Source: Pelagomonas calceolata
Lineage: Eukaryota
Assembly (NCBI GenBank): GCA_918797485.1
Contig: CAKKNE010000006.1
Location: 3,472,001-3,536,000 of the forward strand
Direction of reading: 5' to 3'
Length of the DNA: 64,000 bases
Shown here in pieces: positions 55,301 to 64,000 of this stretch. Numbering within the stretch: position 1 is the stretch's first letter; every line of letters starts with the position of its first letter. The notes beneath the pieces were generated by a model. That model had not been told where the DNA came from. It did not search any database and was given only the letters and a program-made list of their open reading frames with translations. Position numbers and translations under genes: made by a program.

Positions 55301-56980
55301 CTAGCAGTGGCATTGGATAGAGCCACGCTCGCCGCTCTCTTCGACACCTACTCGTCCATCGTATCACTAGCTCTAGGGAAACAAGGCGATACGTCAATAA
55401 CAACGTGGGCCCGCAACCTCACGGACCGTGATTTGAGGAAGAGGACCGGCGACGCGGCGTCGCTATTCAAGGCCTTCTCGAAAGAACCCAAGTTATTTGT
55501 GGACGCGGTCGAACTGGATCCCACGGAGCTGAGGTGCACGTTGGCGCTGGCAGCTACCGCATCATCCGACGATCATTTGGACCACATCGATTTGGTGGCG
55601 CCGCTGGCGGCCATGTCCGACGCGTCGTTTAAGGCCTCTCCCTTCATATTGAGGCAGGCGTTATTGCCCGCGAGACAACTTAGATCCGCTCTAGTAGCTC
55701 ATGCTCGCCGAGAGTTGGTGAGACAATTGTTCGGCGTCGTGCTAGATGTCCCTCAAACGTTACTCCATGATCTCGGCGGCGGCGACGTTATATCAGGAGT
55801 GACCAATACTATGGCGGTTCCTACCACAGTCATCAGTTCGGGCGTCACGGCATTGGGCGACCGGTTAGCAGGAGCGCACGCCTTGCTGAGCGGCGACGCG
55901 GCCTACTTCTGTGAAAGAGCTCGAAGAAGGCGTCGTAGGAGACGACGGGCGGACCGGCGCGACGTCGGCCTCGCGGGCGGGCTGAGAGCGGCCGCAAGGG
56001 ACGTGGCGCGCGGCGCTGCCGGTGGTCTTGAGAGTTTGTTGTTGGACGCACCGAGAAGCAACGATGCGAGGGACCTGTGCGGGGCGCTGGTTGGTGCAAT
56101 AGTCAAACCAGCGGTCGGTGCCGCCGACGCGCTGGCTGCGGTGGCCGCTGGTATCACGCATGATTGCCGCGGCGGCTCTCATCATGAAAGACGGCGATCA
56201 TCCATACAACAAACGGAAAGGCGCACGGCTCGAAGACGAGCCCTGCCGGCTTTACCAGACGGCGCCGGACCTCGAAGATTAGTGGCACCCTTCTCGGCTA
56301 GAGGGGCGGCGGCCCAGGCCCTGTGTCGGGGCGCGTTCCCGCGGAAGCACGACGAACTCATGTCGCCGTTGGCACGAGCGATTCGAGTCGATCGACCGCG
56401 TAATGACGACGACGACGGCGGCGGGCTGAGTCTTGGAGGGGCAGACGCCGACGACGACCGGGGCGACGTCGCGGCCGACGGCGAGCCCTACGTGTGGCAC
56501 TGTTCCTTGGCGGACGGGGGGTTAGTCGCTCTAGCGACGCCTGGCGTTGTGGTGCTGACACAAGATATCGGCAAACCTTGGGTGGCCCGGTGGCGCGACG
56601 TGCGGTGCGCCCAGGACGGTGTTGCGTCCATAAAATTTGAATCGGGGCGCCACGACCCTTTTACGAGTTCTATCAACGAGTGTCGCGTCGAATGTACCGA
56701 TGTGCGAGGGGCGGCGCGGCTGCGCGCTTCTTTACGGGCCGTCGGTATATTAGTGGACGGCGGCGGCGACGACGGCGACGCGGCCTTTGATGATGTATCG
56801 GACGGCGACGCGCCGCTGCCGCCTTGGTTGGAAAGTGCAGCCAGGGAGGCCACGGCGCCTCCCGAAAGGCGCAATTGCTTGAGGGAGCGGTGCAAGGATG
56901 CGCCCTGGCGCCGCCATCCTGTCGAGGCTGATGATGATGATGTGCCCTCGCCTGGGTCTACGCCTCGCGCACTGTTGTAG
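49358..56980 (+). CDS. VPS13: VPS13-like bridge lipid-transfer protein (2540 aa, divergent)
   Basis: Chorein-N-like start (LSVFTGELEL), WEPLVEP, VAB-like repeats (LRAPLIVRNHLP) and ATG2_C-like GALVGAIVKPAVGAAD. Confidence 0.75.
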   Translation: MRVLGLARLLRAVCRRWLGGLIVVDDVQLSVFTGELELVDCELDGPKLTRLLARLGLRCRVVNARAAKVSVSLPITWRRGARIRVVVADPGASLELDDAEHEETPQKPRRALWRRLALRVAEAVDLEVRNAAARCLLKDGAACGVGLGSAAIAATTPDGETWRKRVVISGLYAYCDEDAAEWDAQDAYALSAALVADAANALSVEENVVLAPASLTGSVALTRSSEGLRLDLDGETSHVWRATASAKRLMEAVAQHTPVKRSSSSQSLDSVGDAGSVNSEDLHEDQQLKRDINAASKIIIGGCLRGALRLQVRDRSDRLFCHVGGSLDLRGKCEVDETGLRDYAVEAALDDVYVGDASPCTSATKRWRHLVRKRRDPSPCDEHAIGEAWLSQSPAVVKLTARPGLRIEVYCRHLDVVLHYPLIGRLKGAFSGESQPFTTSLRVEFATSDCTVELPYDWDVDRGSARLGWHEAVGALDTSRSDPTVNDDFDTDFAQFCARRLDDAYDGLIQKTLFGADCRSTGFYLHERAPLDYDFRVDRARCSSFLASSANIAPVVATLEGAYLALGVSRFAEPGRRIGLKAGTDTACKLVVDGPRLARILAVVGKYLGGPPPLDSDGRRLPPLETDEAPRTNQVDVALDVPLCRVVLLGPEASSRCLVVTVRDLCVRFRQRGHGDRGFRAQTYRFRDATIALAKERDAHVNPSRDSAKTIVRGTSDGAFEYLSRWPAQQRPQGPLGDVCADALSSLFGDAPSEQCRAPDGLKRLVVDQPIVRCAVSEALFGFRCLLAFLKGFQARIRWVAYDPTEETVPIVNATERTIARIAGKVDVSSAIKKRRDQLLQRAASRTSRELKSEVVERINSFSADDLRFVARLEYDLRRYDVVLTSTNDRRPLVRCRGDAVYTTDDDQVSQLERVVRLDAVRVDAYRVRTARWEPLVEPGLSGTACTSAKAGKPSRCCLAFDDSATVEATLTRDAALALRGLLDEVKGAHTSHLTMKDDQVQTRLLNKTGVDVLLDVFDHEGSFLEKVRVSRNSEGTLSPKSAHAIISLRDGETAWTVERPLPCRTAARVVASTTAGTRRPKSPSHTRRRGRIGPPLTWSGAFDGRGSLQLTVRSSLVASNACGCDVVVSAGGRDSVIERGPPDNPKETSLAWPLADALYFNDDDDEDAPRRLPKLTVGAGPRAALLDARTSLLDAPWRLARASVLKRRWVLCRVVADGSTNMVRGARLELRAPLIVRNHLPVAVDLQVMQQQGTDKKCAAESHLRPGESLAVSSVDVRDYCWLNTRTDGKWVSAKINSRSWRRAVAASRALGRRPPKRRKALEASSSCGYVLDVATPDGDLSLGPLLSTGSAPAVALECTLRAPCVVVDRSGLSGLVFSASSISSVSSLEAGEALVDATTSVVVPSSLRFAAYSAVSTRPLSSKRRASARHEGLFWVPDGDGAFLRHPCTRQLMTCGTDLVDTDFTLSVVARSACTILVACDMAPTWLNNKGFARSGHERHKILHARSDTTLTAFSLYQKELQEGEALTLLQASGRYMYAAFCTTQDDEGYASARSEEEEDFYECVTEEASPVHVLNASQSLVVSRDGLSTSVRLADAASLGGPVPLDLGGAKLAICVVAEGPTRVATVVPRVVVANALGCSLLLHGLTIPSNGMESYHGSLTSLTVGASTTGDLRLDRHGSQAVVLSPERRTVSLKDASVLRVEARPRLDGDDFATLCCVGRDNGDAPLLSVANETDVLVACWQSKVKDAPVWLVEPRSASAFGWSEPELSKKRICVVAFASRSTSDAESVVESQFAKLVKAARALRLDAAEEKRLPLPLIDASVDFQVLDGPWGVDARVDQRAGGRVLRLCAKSESAYDVDLGDASLSGEFAFRAPRASLSIVLDDSEGKARREALFGQVKRVDLSCRSALDASGKHGAALDLTVGDVRVESHARNARLRVVLERDDQNDEDVLHASLARQRDGAAEVWRYAGLHVAPLAVALDRATLAALFDTYSSIVSLALGKQGDTSITTWARNLTDRDLRKRTGDAASLFKAFSKEPKLFVDAVELDPTELRCTLALAATASSDDHLDHIDLVAPLAAMSDASFKASPFILRQALLPARQLRSALVAHARRELVRQLFGVVLDVPQTLLHDLGGGDVISGVTNTMAVPTTVISSGVTALGDRLAGAHALLSGDAAYFCERARRRRRRRRRADRRDVGLAGGLRAAARDVARGAAGGLESLLLDAPRSNDARDLCGALVGAIVKPAVGAADALAAVAAGITHDCRGGSHHERRRSSIQQTERRTARRRALPALPDGAGPRRLVAPFSARGAAAQALCRGAFPRKHDELMSPLARAIRVDRPRNDDDDGGGLSLGGADADDDRGDVAADGEPYVWHCSLADGGLVALATPGVVVLTQDIGKPWVARWRDVRCAQDGVASIKFESGRHDPFTSSINECRVECTDVRGAARLRASLRAVGILVDGGGDDGDAAFDDVSDGDAPLPPWLESAAREATAPPERRNCLRERCKDAPWRRHPVEADDDDVPSPGSTPRALL

Positions 56981-57003
56981 TAAATATGAATTGTCTGTTC
57001 AAG

Positions 57004-57912
57004 TTAGCTACTCCCTTTACTAAACTGCGCCGCGTTCCGCGCGTGGTCGAGGAAGTCTCGCGCCGGGTCGATCCGCACGACGCCGCGCGCCAGAATCTCG
57101 GCGTCGTCGAAGAGCGGCTCGAGTGGTGCTTCGGCGGGCAGAGGACATATTGTGTCTGGCCGCGGCGGGTTCTCGATCGCGTTATACGCGACGATGAGCG
57201 ATCGTCGCCAGCTCGGCGACTCGTTCGGCGCCGAGCTGTGGAGCAGATTCGAGTGCGTGAATAATACATCGCCTGGCCGCATCGTAGCGTAGACCAGGGG
57301 AAATCTCTTCACCGCTCTCCCCAAGGCCTCTTGGTCGACGCCCGCTTGTTCGCCACTCACGCCGTGCGCTAAACGGCCGACCCGATGCGAGCCGCTCAGG
57401 AGTTGCATGCAGCCGTTCTCAATAGTGTGGTTGTCCACAGCTAGAATCGCCGACAGCATTTTGTCGGGCTCGAGGCAGCCGACCTGATACCAATAACCGA
57501 AATCTTGGTGCCATTCCCACGTGCCGCCCACTCGCGGTTCTTTCAACATGACTTTTGTGTGGAAGTGATAGATTGGAGATCCAATCAAACGCCTCGCTGC
57601 GTTCACCCATCGTCTGCCACGAGCGAAATATCCGAAGGTGTCGTTGCCTGCTTGATTCCAGAGCGTCAACTTCGACCGCGCTCCAGCACTGTCGACCATC
57701 GGCATGTCATTTGACGCGACGAGCGGGTCCGTCTCGATCGCTCGTCGCAGCACGTCGGCCTCGGCGGCAGAGAAGAGGTTTCGGATGATGACGTAGCCGT
57801 CTCTCTTGTATCGCTCCACGTCTTCTATCGCAAGCGACGACGCGCATTCATCGGTCGCATCGGTCGCGCGTGCCAGCGCCGCGCACAGCAGCAGTGCAGC
57901 CGCAAGCTTCAT
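57004..57912 (-). CDS. PhyH-family Fe(II)/2-oxoglutarate dioxygenase with signal peptide
   Basis: YHFHTKVMLKEP..GG.WEWHQDFGYW, ENGCM, GSH, PGDVLF.HSNLLHSS and RR. Confidence 0.88.
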   Translation of the reverse strand: MKLAAALLLCAALARATDATDECASSLAIEDVERYKRDGYVIIRNLFSAAEADVLRRAIETDPLVASNDMPMVDSAGARSKLTLWNQAGNDTFGYFARGRRWVNAARRLIGSPIYHFHTKVMLKEPRVGGTWEWHQDFGYWYQVGCLEPDKMLSAILAVDNHTIENGCMQLLSGSHRVGRLAHGVSGEQAGVDQEALGRAVKRFPLVYATMRPGDVLFTHSNLLHSSAPNESPSWRRSLIVAYNAIENPPRPDTICPLPAEAPLEPLFDDAEILARGVVRIDPARDFLDHARNAAQFSKGSS

Positions 57913-58039
57913 TTTCTGCTCTCAAAGCTGCGCGCGACACGGCATCGCTGGCTCATCGATCGCAGCGATGGATGCAAAGCTGAACACGTCACAGGAGCTC
58001 TGTATCTGCGTGTTCGGCGCAACTTTTGGCCGATCGGAG

Positions 58040-58061
58040 CTAGCGTCATGTAAGACACTAG
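58040..58061. promoter_or_regulatory. CTAG-bounded intergenic motif copy
   Basis: ctagcgtcatgtaagacactag(caagc), between divergent genes. Confidence 0.7.
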
Positions 58062-58239
58062 CAAGCAAGCCTGGCTCGAGCTCAATCTGCCCACAATTAG
58101 GCTCGTGGAAGCTAATTGATCAACCAGCAGCTCTTTGGCATTGATCTAAAACCACTGCGAAGCTTGTGGCTTGGACTCCGCAATCCGTGTTACACAACAG
58201 CTACAAGCCTCTCAAGGCAAAGCCAAGATCGCACCAATC

Positions 58240-58974
58240 ATGCTACGCGTTCTCCTCTCCGCAGTGATTATTGGCTCCAGCCACAGCTTCTGTCCGGCCG
58301 CAAGAAGTGCGTGTCAGCGGCACGGCATTAGTGCGGAACCGGACGACGCGGTCGGCGACGATGCCACGAGCGAGGCACTATCCACCAGCGACATCGCCAC
58401 AACCGCGACTGCGGCCGCCGCCGGCGCGACGGTCGCAAGCACAGTCGCCACCGCGGCCGGCACCGTCTGCGCCACCGGCGCGTGCACGGCGGCCGGCGCC
58501 GCGGCAACGGCGGCGGCTACGGGAACTGCTGGCGCCGCGGCGGGAACCGCCGGGGCGGGCCTGCTTTCACAACTGGCGTATCCTATCGCCGCGTTGGGCC
58601 TCTCGGGCGCATTAGCCCTGCAATCCGGTCCCGAGGCGCTCATGGACCAGGCGGCGCACAGCGCGCTCTACGCCGACGCGATGCGATCGAACCACCCCGT
58701 GGTGCTCGAGTTCTACAGCAACGATTGTCGCCATTGCCGGCACGCGGCGGCGTCGCTGGCCGAGACCGCCGCCGCGCACCCGGGCACCGACTGGGTGATG
58801 GTCGACTGCCAAAAGCCGGAGTCGCGGTCCCTCGTGGAAAAATACAACGTCGGGCCGATCCCGCACTTCGCTTTTCTGGACGAGTCCAAGACGTTGCGGC
58901 GAACAGAAGTCGGCGAGAGTGGCGCGAAGAGAGCCGATGCCGTTCTCCGCGCGCTTGAGGGGTCTTCTTCGTAA
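58240..58974 (+). CDS. Plastid-targeted thioredoxin-like protein (HCF164/TxlA-like)
   Basis: Signal peptide ending SHS-F; PVVLEFYS.DCRHC and YNVGPIPHFAFLD. Confidence 0.75.
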   Translation: MLRVLLSAVIIGSSHSFCPAARSACQRHGISAEPDDAVGDDATSEALSTSDIATTATAAAAGATVASTVATAAGTVCATGACTAAGAAATAAATGTAGAAAGTAGAGLLSQLAYPIAALGLSGALALQSGPEALMDQAAHSALYADAMRSNHPVVLEFYSNDCRHCRHAAASLAETAAAHPGTDWVMVDCQKPESRSLVEKYNVGPIPHFAFLDESKTLRRTEVGESGAKRADAVLRALEGSSS

Positions 58975-59008
58975 CTTGAACAAAATTTAAATTTACTAGA
59001 CAGAACCA

Positions 59009-59776
59009 TCACGCCCCCATGCCGCCGACGACGATTCCCGCGAAGACCACGACGAGCGCCACCAACTCGGCCACCGACAGCCAATACAACTCGCCAAACC
59101 GCACCCAGAACGAAAACGCGTAGAAAACGAGAAAGATCGCCCCGAAGCTGGCGTACGTCAAGGTACAGAACGCGTCCCTCAACGCCTTCGACGCGATGGC
59201 CTTTGGCACCGTCGCGACGACCAGCGCCTGGTAAGCAGCGAGCATCAGCAAAAACGCGAGAGTGGAGAGCGCGTGCTCGCCGCGCATTTTAGACATTGGC
59301 GTCGCGGCGACAGTCACGATGCCGTGCACCGTGAAGCACGCAATGATGACCCGGGCGAGTCGCGCCGGTGCGGGCCGCGCGAGCTCCAGCAACGGCAGCA
59401 GGTCGAGACTCAGCGCGAGCCCGATCGTGGCGAGCTCCGTCGCCGGCGGCCGGTCCCACGCAGCTGAAAGGCGGTAGTCGTCTTCTGTAAAACCGGGTAA
59501 ATGACCATAGTACGAACTGACCGCGTACGTCAGCGCGATGACCGCGACGGCGCCGCCGACGGCCGCGATGCTCAGCCAGCGCGTCCACGACGCGGGCGGA
59601 CCTGTGGAGACGCCGACGACGACTCCGCACGCGTACCAGATAAATCCCACCAAAGCGAGCGCGTTCAGCCGGTAGGCGAAGACGACAACCGACGAGAGCG
59701 GCGGGCTTTCCATGGCGTACTTGTAGGTGCGCTCGAAGGACGCGCGGAAGGCGTCATTCTCCTGCGGTGTGGCCAT
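59009..59776 (-). CDS. Multi-pass membrane protein (possibly Frag1/DRAM-like)
   Basis: 255 aa with ~7 hydrophobic helices. Confidence 0.7.
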   Translation of the reverse strand: MATPQENDAFRASFERTYKYAMESPPLSSVVVFAYRLNALALVGFIWYACGVVVGVSTGPPASWTRWLSIAAVGGAVAVIALTYAVSSYYGHLPGFTEDDYRLSAAWDRPPATELATIGLALSLDLLPLLELARPAPARLARVIIACFTVHGIVTVAATPMSKMRGEHALSTLAFLLMLAAYQALVVATVPKAIASKALRDAFCTLTYASFGAIFLVFYAFSFWVRFGELYWLSVAELVALVVVFAGIVVGGMGA

Positions 59777-59931
59777 GGTTGCTGACTGTACGTCTCTTGT
59801 GCCGCGTCGATAGCGTGATTGGCCTTACGTAGCACCAGTTCTGCCTTGTGAGATGCAGTGCCTGAATTTGCGCGGCAATCTGTTGCACGCAGACAGCTCT
59901 GAGGTGGTCAAATCTCAACGAGAGCTGTTGG

Positions 59932-59953
59932 CTAGTGTGTCAATAGACGCTAG
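59932..59953. promoter_or_regulatory. CTAG-bounded intergenic motif copy (variant)
   Basis: ctagtgtgtcaatagacgctag, between divergent genes. Confidence 0.55.
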
Positions 59954-60086
59954 CAGCGAGTTTTGGCACAGGGCCTTCAACAGGGCGCAAGGAGGTTAAG
60001 GAGGGTGCAGTATAGCAGCAAGCGGTAGCATTGATCGCAGCGGCAGCGCTGCGCCACCCATTCGTACGCATTCGAGACATGCACCC

Positions 60087-61672
60087 ATGAACGCAGCAGA
60101 GCAGCCTCCACGGCGCCTGCAGCTAGTTGGCGAGGGCGACTTCACGCTCGCCCTATCCTTGGCGACACAACTGAAACACGTAGCAATAACTGCCACCGGT
60201 TTCGACGCCCATGCAGACTTGATAAAAAAATACCGCGACGCTCCAGCGACGCTGCGGCGCCTTCAGGCCGCCGGCGCAATCGCAAAACACGGCGTCGACG
60301 CGTGCGCGTTACAAGGGTCGTTTGACGAGGTGCACTTTGGCCACCCGCACCTCGGCGTCGAGAACGCGGCCGCGCACCACCGATTACTCGCGCACTACTT
60401 CCACAGCGCTAAACAAGTCGCGCCCGTCGTGCGCGTCACGCTCGCGAGCGACCAGGCCCAGCGCTGGCGCTGCGACGCCGCTGCAGCGCGGGCGGGCCTC
60501 GCGCTCAAGGACGTGGCGCCGTTCCACGACGACGCCTTCCCGGGCTACACGCGGCGGCGGTCTTTGAGTGGAGGCAGCTTCCGCGCGCGGACGGCGGAGG
60601 CGTCGGAGACGCGGACCTACGCGGCACGAGACGTCGAGGTCGCGCCGGTCGCGTGGGCGGCGCTCCCGCGGCGCTCGGAACAAGTGAACTGCCCGACGTG
60701 CGGCAAGCCCTGCCGCGACGCGCGGGGCCTCGCGATGCACCTCCGCGACGCGACCTGCGCCTACGCGCCGCCGCCTCGGCCGCCGTCGCCGCCGCCGCTG
60801 CCGGCCGACGACCCGGCGGGTTGTGAGATTTGCGGGGCGTCGCTCCCGTTCGTTGCCGCGCGGAAAGTCGAGGGGCCTTCGCGTCGATGGCGTTCGTTCA
60901 GGCCCAGGCTGACGACACACCACGCAGGCACCCGCCCCTACAACCGGTCGCGCCGGCGGGCCTCGCCTGCGCCGTCTGCGCGCGGACGTTCAAGGACGAC
61001 CGCGCCTTGCGCCAGCACGCGGCGACGTGTTCGCGCAAGCAACGGCGCATCAAGATCCACTACGTCCACGGTTTGGAGGCGGGGCCGAATGCCTTCAAGG
61101 CCCGATGTCTCGCCAAGGTCGGCGACGTCACATCTCCGGCCATGGCCACGTCGCTCTGGAACCCGTTCTGCGAAAACGCGTTCCTCGGGCGCTTCCTGGC
61201 GCACCTGTCGTGGGGCGCCGCGGCGCGGGACGTGCTGGACCGATGTGTTTCGATCCAAAAAGACGCGCTGGCCGAGCCGGACGTCGTCGTCGCGTCGTCG
61301 TGGGGCGCCGCCGTCGCTTTGAAATTGTTGGCCGATCGCGCCTGGACGGGGCCGACCGTGCTGTTGTGTCCCGGCCACCGGCGGCTCCTCTCCTCTCAAG
61401 ACGCCGACGCGCTCGTGACCGCGTTCCGGGCGCTGCCGAAGAAGACTTTGAGACGCGTCGTGCTGGTCCACGGCACGGCCGACGCCACGGTGCCGATCGC
61501 GGACTCGCGCGAGCTCGCCGCAGATAGGGCGCGGTTGGTCGAAGTCCCCGGCGGCTCGCACGGCCTCGGCGCCGCGGCGGCGGACGGGCTCATTTCGTCT
61601 GTGGTGGTTGATGTGCTGGCGAAGAAGTATGGGGCTGAGCGAGTGGGGGAGGTTTTTTTGCTCGATAGTTAA
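60087..61672 (+). CDS. BMT5/DUF2431-like methyltransferase domain + C2H2 fingers + alpha/beta hydrolase (intron ~60839-60927)
   Basis: LVGEGDFTLALSL..ITAT..HGVDA..F.HPH; CPTC..LAMH and CAVC..LRQH; YVHGLE, ASSWG, HGTADATVP and GGSH. Confidence 0.75.
60839..60927 (+). other. Spliceosomal intron, introner-like (donor at 60839 or 60848)
   Basis: GCTGAC branch site, CACGCAG|G acceptor and a reverse core motif; joins the two ORFs in frame. Confidence 0.7.
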
Positions 61673-61684
61673 GTTGTTTAAGAA

Positions 61685-61728
61685 TGTAATAATAATTGTA
61701 ATAATGTAATAATGTAATTTTGTAATTT
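61685..61728. repeat. AT-rich (TGTAAT/AAT)n microsatellite-like tract between convergent genes
   Basis: tgtaataataattgtaataatgtaataatgtaattttgtaattt. Confidence 0.7.
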
Positions 61729-62047
61729 TAGTCAGTCAGTCGCGCGGGGAGGAAAAGGAGAAGGCACTTCCGTGGTGAGCACCTAATAGCTGAGACGGTA
61801 GTCCGGCGGCATGGTCCAGAACACGTCGCCCTCGACTTCGGAATCGCCGTCGCAGTTTACGCCAGAGCAGGCTGAAAGAGTGAGCCAAGACGCCGCTTTT
61901 GCGAAAAAATAAAAAGACGCCTAGGCCTCAACGCAGGCCGCCTACGACAGGTCCCGGATGGGTGCTTGCGCCTTAGGGCGGCAGTTACGCGTAGGTTGCT
62001 GCGCGTTCCGAGCGCGCGCGATGTGCGTAGCATAAGAAAAGAATTAC

Positions 62048-63018
62048 TCACCAAGGCCGCGTCGACGCCACCGCGCGAGACGCGGCCGTCGCCTCCGTCC
62101 GCATCGACCCGCGCGACGCGACGGAGCCACGAGACATAAGGGACCGGTCGTCGCGCCATTGCGCCATGACCGCGTTGCCCTCCTCCGCGTCCTCAGCCAC
62201 GGAGTATTTTGAGAGCGTCGCCTCGAGCAGCTCCTCGTCGCCCGCGCCGCTCAAGACCGACCGCAGCTCCGGCTCCCGCAGTCCCACACGACTGGACCGT
62301 TTTCCGGCGGCGCGCTTCTGCGCGCGTCTATCCCTTGATAAGTCAGTAGACCTCGCGAAGAGCTTGGGCTTGCCGCCCTTGCGGCCCTTCTTCGCCATCG
62401 CCGCCTCCGAAGCCCGCGTCGCGGCGTTCACCTGGGCGCGATACGGCCCGAGGTCGGCCCACTCCTTCTTGTGCGGCACGGGGAACGGGTTCGTCATCTC
62501 GTTCGCGCCTGCGTTTGTCAAAGGTGGCGCGGGGGAGGCGAACTCTCGACGACTCGTCGCGGCGACGGCGTGGCGAGCTCTCGAGGTGCCAGCACGCCAT
62601 CGACGCGATCCTTTCGGGACGTGTGGAGTACGCTCGACGACGTCTCGTCAACGTCCGCGCCGTCGCGCAGACACGGGTACGGATTCGGACGCCGCCGCGC
62701 GCAGTGGTACCTCCCAGCTACGGACGTCGTGGAGGCGAAGTGGGCCGAGGCGTCGTAGGCGGGCCGGCCGTCGTAGGCGCCCTGCGTGTGCTTCGTGTCC
62801 CACTGCAAATGGGACGAGCCGAGCAGCGACTTCATCGTGTTTCCCGATTCGTTCTGTCGAAACAGCTGCGACTGGCGCACGCAGGGTCTCGAACCGAGCT
62901 GATTGCCCTGGTTCTGGGTCGCGGCGCTGGGGTCGTGCCAGTGGCCGGCCATCTGTTCCGGCGCCTGCTCGATGGCGTGCAGGGCCTCCCGAGTCTGAAG
63001 GGTTAGATTGCCCCGCAA
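62048..63018 (-). CDS. Hypothetical spliced gene (intron ~62509-62672; both ends uncertain)
   Basis: Two coding-like ORFs are separated by a core-motif segment with an AAACGCAG|G acceptor. A possible further GTGAGT donor lies near 62051. Confidence 0.5.
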
Positions 63019-63355
63019 AAGTGGTCGACGACGGGTCGCAGCTAGGCGCGTCGTGGTCCGCCGGGGCAGCCGATTCGTCGGTCGCGGAGAGGGCGCCTGT
63101 TACTGAACCTGTGGGCTGCCCGCAGCGCTGAATCGATAATCTGATAGCGTCGACACACATACTAGCTTAACCGAGCTTCGGCAAAGCTCGAACCCGCACG
63201 CGCTGCTCCCTGCGCATGCTCAGAGGTCCTGCCTGGGGCGGCCAACTCATCAGCCAGGCGTATGTTAACAAAAGACGGGCCTCCGCCAGATACCACGAGC
63301 CCTCCCCCTAACGCCGACGACGAAGGAAAGCCGCACATACTTTCACAATCAATTA

Positions 63356-64000
63356 CTACAGCTCCCCCGCGTCGAGGTCGATGACGTCCTCCTCGCCGTC
63401 GTCCTCCCCGACCGCGTCGTCGACGGCCTCCTCCTCCACAACTTCCTCCTCTTCCGGCGGCGGCGGCGGCGGCTTCGACGCCTTCTTCTTCGGCTCCGGC
63501 GGCGGCCTCCGGTCAGATAACAAAGTAGGGAACTTCGCCGCCAGTCGCAATACGAGCTGCGCGAACTTCGAAGGCGTGTCCGCCTTTATCAGCAGTTCGT
63601 CGACCTTCGACACGTCACCGTCGTACCGCTTATAAATATGAGATAAAGTCTGCCGCCGCCGTTCCTCGGCGTCCTTCCGACCTTGACACATACACGCCTT
63701 CTTCTGCTCTTCACTATGCCAAGAACAGCCGCCGCGCCAGGGCCAGTCGCTCCCGATCTTCCCGTCTTTCAGGCACTGCTCGTGTTCGTCAAAATCGTCG
63801 ACCTCGTCGCACTCTTTCACATAACACTCGTCGAAGGCTTTCTTACAAAGTTCTTCCGTGATACCACAAATGGTAGCGCAGGCGTCCCGCTCGGCGCAGC
63901 ACTTCGCTAGGTGTGGGGACGCGCCCTCCGGGCAGGCGCCAGTACCTCGAGGCGCGAAGTACGGCGACCGCGGTGCGGGATCCTTTCTTCCATAACATTT
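63356..64000 (-). CDS. Group XII secretory phospholipase A2-like protein, 5'-partial
   Basis: The frame is open to the window end. Cys pattern CCAERDACATICG...C..AF.EC...C...GC....QKKACMC, with an acidic C-terminus. Confidence 0.6.
   Translation of the reverse strand, partial: KCYGRKDPAPRSPYFAPRGTGACPEGASPHLAKCCAERDACATICGITEELCKKAFDECYVKECDEVDDFDEHEQCLKDGKIGSDWPWRGGCSWHSEEQKKACMCQGRKDAEERRRQTLSHIYKRYDGDVSKVDELLIKADTPSKFAQLVLRLAAKFPTLLSDRRPPPEPKKKASKPPPPPPEEEEVVEEEAVDDAVGEDDGEEDVIDLDAGEL

Overview
Gene-dense, GC-rich eukaryotic nuclear DNA, most likely from a pelagophyte alga (Pelagomonas/Aureococcus-like). This assignment is inferred from the gene set, the intron style, stramenopile-type targeting peptides and fragments of an expanded MYND/TPR gene family. 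The window holds about 30 protein genes. Recognisable ones: PRP22/DHX8, VPS8, SMC6, CKS1, a NOL9/Grc3 kinase, a dual-specificity phosphatase, a TrmH/SpoU methyltransferase, DRC8/EFCAB2, an MFS transporter, lipoyl synthase, bestrophin, a VPS13-like protein, a PhyH-family dioxygenase and a thioredoxin. There are three main signals. (1) A ~5.5 kb block (3171-8672) lies between two copies of the PRP22 3' end. The copies encode the same 26 amino acids but differ at 10 sites, all synonymous. The block carries an unknown ORF, a small protein resembling a polymorphic-toxin RNase domain, and an ankyrin-CK1 kinase with altered catalytic motifs. This looks like a gene-restoring integration. (2) A bipartite CTAG-bounded motif (CTAGCG..TAAGACACTAG) occurs about 15-17 times, always in intergenic DNA upstream of gene starts, and is a candidate general promoter element. 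(3) About 12 short introns share sequence (core CGCCATCGACGCG, ending CGCAG|G), which indicates an introner-like family. No rRNA, tRNA or CRISPR array was recognised.
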